Assembly: GCA_913043225.1 (NCBI GenBank)
Contig: CAJWLU010000001.1
Coordinates: 128,001 to 192,000 of the forward strand
Length of the DNA stretch: 64,000 bases
Direction: 5' to 3'
From: an uncultured Acidobacteriota bacterium
Lineage (GTDB): Bacteria > Acidobacteriota > Vicinamibacteria > Vicinamibacterales > UBA8438
Shown: positions 57,889 to 64,000 of the stretch, in pieces
How the letters are laid out: the number at the start of each line of letters is the position of its first letter
Position numbering within the stretch: the first letter of the stretch is position 1
Program-made: the position numbers and the translations under genes
Notes under the pieces: model-generated
What the model was told of the DNA's origin: nothing
Seen by the model: the letters and a program-made list of their open reading frames with translations, nothing else
Databases searched by the model: none

Positions 57889-60318
57889 ATGCCATCGGTC
57901 AAGCGCCTGTTTCGGGCGGCGCCCATCCCGGGCGCCATCGCCCTGGTGATCTTCGCGTCGAACGCCTCGGCCCAGCCGGTTGACCGGTTCGACACCGAGG
58001 TGCGTCCATTTTTGACCGCCTACTGCGGCAACTGCCACAACAATGACCTGCTGGTCGCTGACCTGACGTTCGAGCTATTCGGCACCGGTGCTGACCCCAC
58101 CGAGCATTCCGACCTGTGGAAGCAGGTGGCCGAGCGAATCCGCTCCGGCGAGATGCCTCCACGAGGCCGACCTGCTCCCGAGAGGGCCGAGATCGAGTCG
58201 GTGGCAGCCGTACTCGATACGCTCGTCGGCCCCTCCAATGGGGATACCAGTGGCCCGGGCCGCGTCACCGCCCGGCGGCTCAACCGTGTCGAGTACGACA
58301 ACACGGTCCGTTCACTGCTCGGCGTGCACGCCAGACCGTCGGTCGACTTCCCCGCCGACGACTCTGGCTACGGATTCGACAACAACGGAGATGTGCTATC
58401 GGTCTCGCCGTTGTTGATGGAGAAGTACATCGCCGCGGCGCGCCGTCTGTCGCAGGAAGCAGTGTTCGGTCCGGCCCCACCCGATGCTCCCGTCCAACTC
58501 GCGCACTACATGGGTCGGCGCTCACATGACGCCGACGGCAGCCTCGATGCGGCCGACACCTTGCCATTCTCGATGCGAGGCGCGCTCTATGGGTCGCACC
58601 TGTTCCCGTGGACCGCGGACTACGAGTTCCGGTTTCGTATTGCCAACTATCGGCGTCGGCCGCCACGCCCAGAGGGTGCCCCTCCGACGCCACCACTGCC
58701 GACCGACACCGAAACCGAACGGGCACAGTTCATCGAGGAGATGCGCCAGGCTGCACCGCCCGTGCCGGTGGTGGCCACCCTCGACGGACAGGTCTTCAAC
58801 ACCACCATCGTGGAGGGCGTCAATGCCTTCGGCTACGAACGCGGCGAAATCGTGACCCGACTGCGGGTCGAAGCGGGCGAGCACGACTTCCGGGTCTCGT
58901 ACCCGCACGTAGCCAACATTTCCGATCCGCGTGACAACCTACTTCCGGACGGACGCCGCATCCTATACATCGACTACCTCGACATCGTGGGACCGTTCAA
59001 CCAGAGCCTGGAGCCCCCCGCGAGTTACGAGCGGATCTTCATCTGCCAGCCCTCGGCGGCCGGTTACGACGAAGGTTGCGCGAAAAAGATTGTCACAAAC
59101 CTGGCGCGTCGCGCCTACCGGCGCCCGGTGACCGAGGGCGAGGTCGCTCGACTGACCGGCCTGGTCGAGCAGGCGGTGGCCGAAGGTGACTCGTTCGACG
59201 AGGGGGTGCGACTGACGGTCCAGGCAGTCCTCCTTTCGCCCCACTTCCTGTTCAGAATCGAGCGGGATCCGGTGGGCTCGAACGACCCGCACCAGGTATC
59301 AAACCACGAGCTAGCCAGCCGGCTCTCGTACTTCCTGTGGGCCGACATGCCAGACGATGAGCTCTCCGCCCTGGCCGACGCCGGCCAGTTGCACGAGCCG
59401 GACGTCCTGCGGGCCCAGATCGAACGGCTGTTGATTCACCCGAAAGCGGCGGCGCTGGTCGACACCTTCGCAGCGCAGTGGTTGCAGCTGCGCAACCTTG
59501 ATCGGGTCAAGCCAGACCCCGCGCGGTTTCCCACCGTCGACGACGAGTTGCGCGACGCCATGCGACGGGAGACAGAGCTGTTCGTGGAGGCGGTGATCCG
59601 GGAAGACCGCAGTGTGCTGGACCTGCTGGACGCGCCGTTCACTTTCCTAAACGGTCCTCTGGCCCGCCACTACGGCATCGAGGGGATTGACGGCGAGGTA
59701 TTCCAGCGCGTCGAGCTCGATGGCGACCAGCGGGGCGGTCTGGTTACCCAGAGCAGCATCCTCACCGTGTCGTCCTATCCCACCAGGACCTCTCCGGTGC
59801 TTCGCGGTAAGTGGGTACTGGAAAACCTCCTCGGCTCGCCACCGCCAGACCCTCCCGACGGGGTACCGGCCCTGGACGAAACCGTCGTCGGGACCACCGG
59901 GTCGCTCCGCAGCCAGCTGGAGCAGCATCGGGCCAACCCGACCTGTGCGGTGTGTCACGACCAGATCGACCCACTCGGATTCGGTCTGGAACGCTACGAT
60001 GCGACCGGAGCCTGGCGAACCCACGACGGCGAGTTCGAAATCGATGACTCGGGCACATTGCCCGACGGCACGTCTTTCCGAGGGTCGCGAGAGCTAAAGA
60101 CCATCCTGCGGGACGAGAGCGAGGCCTTCACCCGCAATCTCGCCGAGAAGCTGCTGACCTACGGACTGGGCCGTGGTCTCGAATCGGCAGACGACACGAC
60201 CGTCGACGCTATCACCCGTGACACGATGGACGATGGTTACCGATTCTCGACGCTCGTACACGGCGTGGTAAAGAGCGAGCCGTTCCGTCTCCGTCGTCCA
60301 GAGGAGCCCACACCATGA
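57889..60318 (+). CDS. DUF1592-family protein with two CxxCH motifs (cassette 3)
   Basis: YCGNCH; RRLNRVEYDNTVRSLL; ELASRLSYFLW; TSPVLRGKW; CAVCH. Confidence 0.9.
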   Translation: MPSVKRLFRAAPIPGAIALVIFASNASAQPVDRFDTEVRPFLTAYCGNCHNNDLLVADLTFELFGTGADPTEHSDLWKQVAERIRSGEMPPRGRPAPERAEIESVAAVLDTLVGPSNGDTSGPGRVTARRLNRVEYDNTVRSLLGVHARPSVDFPADDSGYGFDNNGDVLSVSPLLMEKYIAAARRLSQEAVFGPAPPDAPVQLAHYMGRRSHDADGSLDAADTLPFSMRGALYGSHLFPWTADYEFRFRIANYRRRPPRPEGAPPTPPLPTDTETERAQFIEEMRQAAPPVPVVATLDGQVFNTTIVEGVNAFGYERGEIVTRLRVEAGEHDFRVSYPHVANISDPRDNLLPDGRRILYIDYLDIVGPFNQSLEPPASYERIFICQPSAAGYDEGCAKKIVTNLARRAYRRPVTEGEVARLTGLVEQAVAEGDSFDEGVRLTVQAVLLSPHFLFRIERDPVGSNDPHQVSNHELASRLSYFLWADMPDDELSALADAGQLHEPDVLRAQIERLLIHPKAAALVDTFAAQWLQLRNLDRVKPDPARFPTVDDELRDAMRRETELFVEAVIREDRSVLDLLDAPFTFLNGPLARHYGIEGIDGEVFQRVELDGDQRGGLVTQSSILTVSSYPTRTSPVLRGKWVLENLLGSPPPDPPDGVPALDETVVGTTGSLRSQLEQHRANPTCAVCHDQIDPLGFGLERYDATGAWRTHDGEFEIDDSGTLPDGTSFRGSRELKTILRDESEAFTRNLAEKLLTYGLGRGLESADDTTVDAITRDTMDDGYRFSTLVHGVVKSEPFRLRRPEEPTP

Positions 60319-61679
60319 GCTCGACTCGAGTGCTGCCCCGACGCACGGTGCTGCGCGGCCTGGGAGCGACCCTAGCGCTTCCCGTCCTCGACGCCATGAC
60401 ACCGGCCTATGCCCGCGGCGCCGCGGCTCAGATCGCCACGCCGGATCGAATGGCCTTCGTGTATGTGCCAAACGGCATCATCATGGATGCCTGGACCCCA
60501 CCCGGGGTGGACGGGACCTTCCCGCTACCGGCCGCACTGCCCCGCATCCTGCAGCCGGTGACCGGCTTCAGCGACCAGTTCTCGATCCTGTCGGGTCTAA
60601 CCCATAACAGGGGCCGCGCCCTGGGCGACGGTCCGGGCGACCACGCCCGCGCCGGCGCCAGCTATCTGACCGGGACACACCCCAAGAAGACCTACGGCGC
60701 AGACATCCATGCCGGTGTGTCTGCCGACCAAATGGTGGCCGAGTCTCTGCGGGGTGAGACACGGCTGGCATCACTCGAGATCGGCTGTGAGGAAGGACTC
60801 TTTGGCGGCAACTGCGACAGTGGCTACAGCTGCTCCTACAGCAACACCATCTCGTGGCGCACGCCCTCGTCCCCCATGCCGCAGGAGATCAGCCCACGCG
60901 CGGTGTTCGAGCGACTGTTCGGCACCGACGACTTCGACCCAGACCCGGTGCGCCGCGCTCGGCGCGCGCGGCGCGACCAGAGCGTGCTGGACCTGGTTCA
61001 GGAAGAGGCGCGGAGCCTCCAGATCACGCTGGGTCCCACCGACCGGCGGAAGCTGGATGAGTACCTGTTCTCAGTGCGTGACATCGAGCGCCGTATTCAA
61101 GCCGCCGAACAGGCCGAAGCCGTCGATCCCGGCATGGCTCGCCCACAGCGGGGCGTCCCCCATAGCTTCATCGAGCACGCGCGGCTGATGTTCGATCTGA
61201 TGGCGGTGGCCTTCGAAGCCGACATCACCCGTGTTATCACCTTCATGGTCGGTCTCGAACTGGGGAACAAGGTCTACCACGAGACGGGAATCACCGAAGC
61301 CCACCACGGTCTGACCCACCATCGTGGCGATCCAGACAAAATCGAGAAGATCACCAAGCTAAACCGGTTCCACGTCGAACAGTTCGCCCACCTGCTCGAC
61401 CGACTATCACGCGCCGAAGAGGGGGACGCTTCGGTGCTGGATCACACAATGCTCGTCTACGGCGGAGGCATCTCAGACGGCAACCGCCATCTGCATCACG
61501 ACCTGCCGACGCTGCTGGCCGGTCGCGGGAACGGACGCTTCACACCTGGCCGGCACGTCTCGCTCCCGCCCGAGACACCGATGGCCAACCTGCTGGTCAC
61601 AATGCTGGACCAAATGGGACTCCCTGGAGAGACGCTTGGCGACAGCACCGGCTCGCTCGAGGAGTTAACGGACCTGTAG
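60315..61679 (+). CDS. DUF1552 protein with Tat signal (cassette 3)
   Basis: LPRRTVLRG, YVPNG, CDSGYSC, FERLFG, HHGLTHH; ATGA overlap. Confidence 0.9.
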   Translation: MSSTRVLPRRTVLRGLGATLALPVLDAMTPAYARGAAAQIATPDRMAFVYVPNGIIMDAWTPPGVDGTFPLPAALPRILQPVTGFSDQFSILSGLTHNRGRALGDGPGDHARAGASYLTGTHPKKTYGADIHAGVSADQMVAESLRGETRLASLEIGCEEGLFGGNCDSGYSCSYSNTISWRTPSSPMPQEISPRAVFERLFGTDDFDPDPVRRARRARRDQSVLDLVQEEARSLQITLGPTDRRKLDEYLFSVRDIERRIQAAEQAEAVDPGMARPQRGVPHSFIEHARLMFDLMAVAFEADITRVITFMVGLELGNKVYHETGITEAHHGLTHHRGDPDKIEKITKLNRFHVEQFAHLLDRLSRAEEGDASVLDHTMLVYGGGISDGNRHLHHDLPTLLAGRGNGRFTPGRHVSLPPETPMANLLVTMLDQMGLPGETLGDSTGSLEELTDL

Positions 61680-61724
61680 ATAACACCAGATACCTTGCAC
61701 ACTCAACAGTGATTGGATCACCCA

Positions 61725-62657
61725 ATGACGACACGACGCACGCTCCTCACCACTCTCGCGACCCTGATACTCGCCACCCCGACGCTGGCTCAGAACTACA
61801 CACAGCCCACGACGCCGGACGGACAACCGGACATCTCAGGGATCTGGACCAGCTTCGACACAACCCCCTTCGAGGTTGAGACCCCAGAGGTCCTCGCCGA
61901 CCTCAAAGCGCTGGCCTACTGGTTCCCAGGCGTCGACGGCGGCGAGGGCGGCCCCGGCGTCGGCCCGTCCGGTGACTTCTCGCAGGCCGAGCCGCATGCC
62001 GCCCAGAACCAGCGGCGACGCTCAATGGTGGTCGACCCGCCAACGGGCCAGGTTCCGATCCTGGACTCGGCGAGATCGGTGCGAGACGACAACCTTAATC
62101 GTCTCGCCGATCACTGGGTGCACAACACGCCCTGGGAGCGCTGCATCACCCGCGGCGTACCCGGAAACATGTTTCCGACTTACAACACCGGCCACCTGAT
62201 CCTGCAGATCCCTGGCTACGTGATCATCTCGTCAGAAATGATCCATGTCAGCCGCATCATCCCGATCGATAACACCCCGCGGCCGCCGGGCGCCATCCGT
62301 CAGTGGAACGGCAACTCACGCGGCCACTGGGAGGGCAACACGCTGGTGGTTGAGACGGTGGGCTACAACACCAAGGGCACAGTGGGCACCAACGTAGCGA
62401 CCCGCAGGATTCGCGGTATCCCTCAGAGCGAAGAGATGAAGGTCGTCGAGCGCTTTATCCGGGTCGACGAGGACAACATGACCTACCAGGTCACCGTCGA
62501 GGACCCGAACGCCTTCGAACACGCTTGGACCGTTGAGCTGCCGATGAACTACTCGCCGGACTACCGCATCCTCGAATACACCTGCCACGAAGGAAACTAC
62601 GGGCTGGAGAACACCCTACGCGGCGGCCGCGCCGAGGACAAGGCGCGGGGTCAATAG
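61725..62657 (+). CDS. Exported EYxCHEGN-family protein (copy 3)
   Basis: TTRRTLL signal; PDISGIW, ERCITRG, GHWEGNTLVV, LEYTCHEGNY. Confidence 0.85.
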   Translation: MTTRRTLLTTLATLILATPTLAQNYTQPTTPDGQPDISGIWTSFDTTPFEVETPEVLADLKALAYWFPGVDGGEGGPGVGPSGDFSQAEPHAAQNQRRRSMVVDPPTGQVPILDSARSVRDDNLNRLADHWVHNTPWERCITRGVPGNMFPTYNTGHLILQIPGYVIISSEMIHVSRIIPIDNTPRPPGAIRQWNGNSRGHWEGNTLVVETVGYNTKGTVGTNVATRRIRGIPQSEEMKVVERFIRVDEDNMTYQVTVEDPNAFEHAWTVELPMNYSPDYRILEYTCHEGNYGLENTLRGGRAEDKARGQ

Positions 62658-62669
62658 CGACGCCATCCG

Positions 62670-63878
62670 CTAGTTCTGGCCACTCGTCGAGGTCGTACTC
62701 GTGTGTCCGACCTCAGCGGAGCGCCATCTGAGGAGTCCGTCCTCTCGTTCGGTCCAGAACACGCGGAACCCCTCGCCCGTCGTCACCACCAGCGGGTGGG
62801 ATGCGACGGCTTCTGGGCGAGAAAGCCGCATCTCTGGGACCCACCCTTCGCCGCCGGCGACCGAGCGAGAGGCCCAGATTGCACCCGACTCGTCCCACAC
62901 GGCGACCGCGGTCGAACCGGCAGTCGCCAGATCCCCGTGACGGGCCCGCTCGCCGCCCATCCTCACGGGCGACGACCACGAGTTGCCGTCGTCGGCCGAA
63001 CGGACCACATACAGGCCGTGCCGCTCCTCATGGCCTGTCCAGACAAGCGCGACGAGCTGTCCCAATACGCCGCCACTGATCCAACCAAGCCCTCCACCCA
63101 CGTGGGGGCAACCAGGAAATTCCCAGTCGAACTCGCCCACCGTGCCGCCGAGCGTCCAGCTCGCGCCTCCGTCGTCGGTCGTCGCCAAGCGCATATCTCG
63201 CACGCCGTGGTCCCGATAGAGGACGTGTACCAGCCGTTCTGGAGTGGTGGCCATACGATTCCAACAGCAGGCGCAACTTGAGTCGTCAGCCAGCTGGCTG
63301 TGCTCCCACGTGGCACCATAGTCGGTCGAGCGAGCCACCCCGAGACCTCGTCGTGCCGGTCCGTCATGACTCCCGATCCAGGCCACGTAGAACACGCCCG
63401 CGACATCGGCGGTCATGTCGGCGAAGGTCTGCGCGTCGGCAGGGTCGTTGCCGGCAGGACCCGCCACCGGGCGCCAGGTAAGCCCCCCGTCACTGGAGCG
63501 CGCGGTCACCATCGGTCCGGCGCCGAACCGGGACGAGCCGGTGGTAGACCACTGCACCAGCACATGGTCGCCATGGGCCACCACTTGAGGCTCATTGCCT
63601 CGGCTGGCGATCGAGATCGGCGCGCTGGAGGTGTCTATGCGCCGGCGCGGGCTCCAGGTCTGCCCACCATCGGTCGAGCGCTGGTGACCGAGTTCCAGCT
63701 GCGAACCGCGCCGTTCGGTGGTGAGCAGATCAAGGACCGGCCCCTGCGCGAACACGTCCAGCGAAGCGATGCCGTCCCCGGCCGCGGGCCGCGCCGGACG
63801 CCCATGCTGGGCGACGGTGGAGGCGGCCACTGTCAATAGGAGCGCCAAGGCTCCCACGTTACGTCTTAGGTTCGTCAT
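62670..63878 (-). CDS. Exported BNR/Asp-box (sialidase-like) beta-propeller protein
   Basis: Five Asp-boxes (STDGGQTW, SSDGGLTW, STDYGATW, TDDGGASW, SADDGNSW); SCACC and GCPHVG motifs; signal peptide. Alternative start 63887. Confidence 0.8.
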   Translation of the reverse strand: MTNLRRNVGALALLLTVAASTVAQHGRPARPAAGDGIASLDVFAQGPVLDLLTTERRGSQLELGHQRSTDGGQTWSPRRRIDTSSAPISIASRGNEPQVVAHGDHVLVQWSTTGSSRFGAGPMVTARSSDGGLTWRPVAGPAGNDPADAQTFADMTADVAGVFYVAWIGSHDGPARRGLGVARSTDYGATWEHSQLADDSSCACCWNRMATTPERLVHVLYRDHGVRDMRLATTDDGGASWTLGGTVGEFDWEFPGCPHVGGGLGWISGGVLGQLVALVWTGHEERHGLYVVRSADDGNSWSSPVRMGGERARHGDLATAGSTAVAVWDESGAIWASRSVAGGEGWVPEMRLSRPEAVASHPLVVTTGEGFRVFWTEREDGLLRWRSAEVGHTSTTSTSGQN

Positions 63879-64000
63879 CCCTATCATTCCCTTGAGATAT
63901 CTGTCTCGCGTCTGGGTTCAGGTCGCGGTGTAGCGCTACGTGACCAAGCAGCGGCTCGACCCGTGAGGGCCCAGCCTGGCGAACACCGGGACCAGCAGTC

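Noticed and set aside
1..64000. tRNA, rRNA, CRISPR arrays, IS elements, prophage or known riboswitches
   Set aside because: No cloverleaf, regularly spaced repeats, transposase/integrase motifs or recognisable riboswitch consensus was seen by eye. A covariance-model scan was not possible.
63890..64000. Possible 3' end of an upstream minus-strand gene
   Set aside because: Too short; frame and product cannot be assigned.

Overview
64-kb window of a GC-rich bacterial chromosome. It is most likely Acidobacteriota (Vicinamibacteria-like), inferred from an ADOP-permease remnant and repeated paralogues: DUF1592/DUF1552, NHL-repeat, PQQ-dehydrogenase and 'EYxCHEGN' proteins. About 53 genes can be supported. 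They include housekeeping genes (feoB 3' end, pepD, typA, slyX, ppk1, bfr/bfd, MATE, NhaP-type antiporter) and many exported redox proteins. I saw no tRNA, rRNA, CRISPR array or transposase. Main findings: (1) A hidden selenoprotein: two ORFs split by an in-frame TGA (56963-56965) join into an exported redoxin with W-U-P-Y-C and a DsbD-N-like domain. A SECIS-like hairpin follows the TGA, and the gene sits 20 bp upstream of a DUF1592-DUF1552 cassette. (2) A porin - FMN-binding protein - His-containing membrane protein - ApbE operon. Its promoter is bracketed by Fur-like TGAGAC-N3-GTCTCA palindromes, and a related box lies before bfd. (3) A candidate ~90-nt cis-antisense sRNA inside that operon's leader, with its own promoter, long hairpin and terminator. 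(4) Three DUF1592 (two CxxCH each)-DUF1552 (Tat) cassettes with ankyrin or EYxCHEGN partners. (5) A tandem pair of alpha-hydroxy-acid oxidases with twin-arginine motifs, upstream of a PQQ dehydrogenase and cytochrome c. (6) Several eroded gene remnants and heptamer-repeat structures. All family calls come from motif recognition by eye, not database searches.
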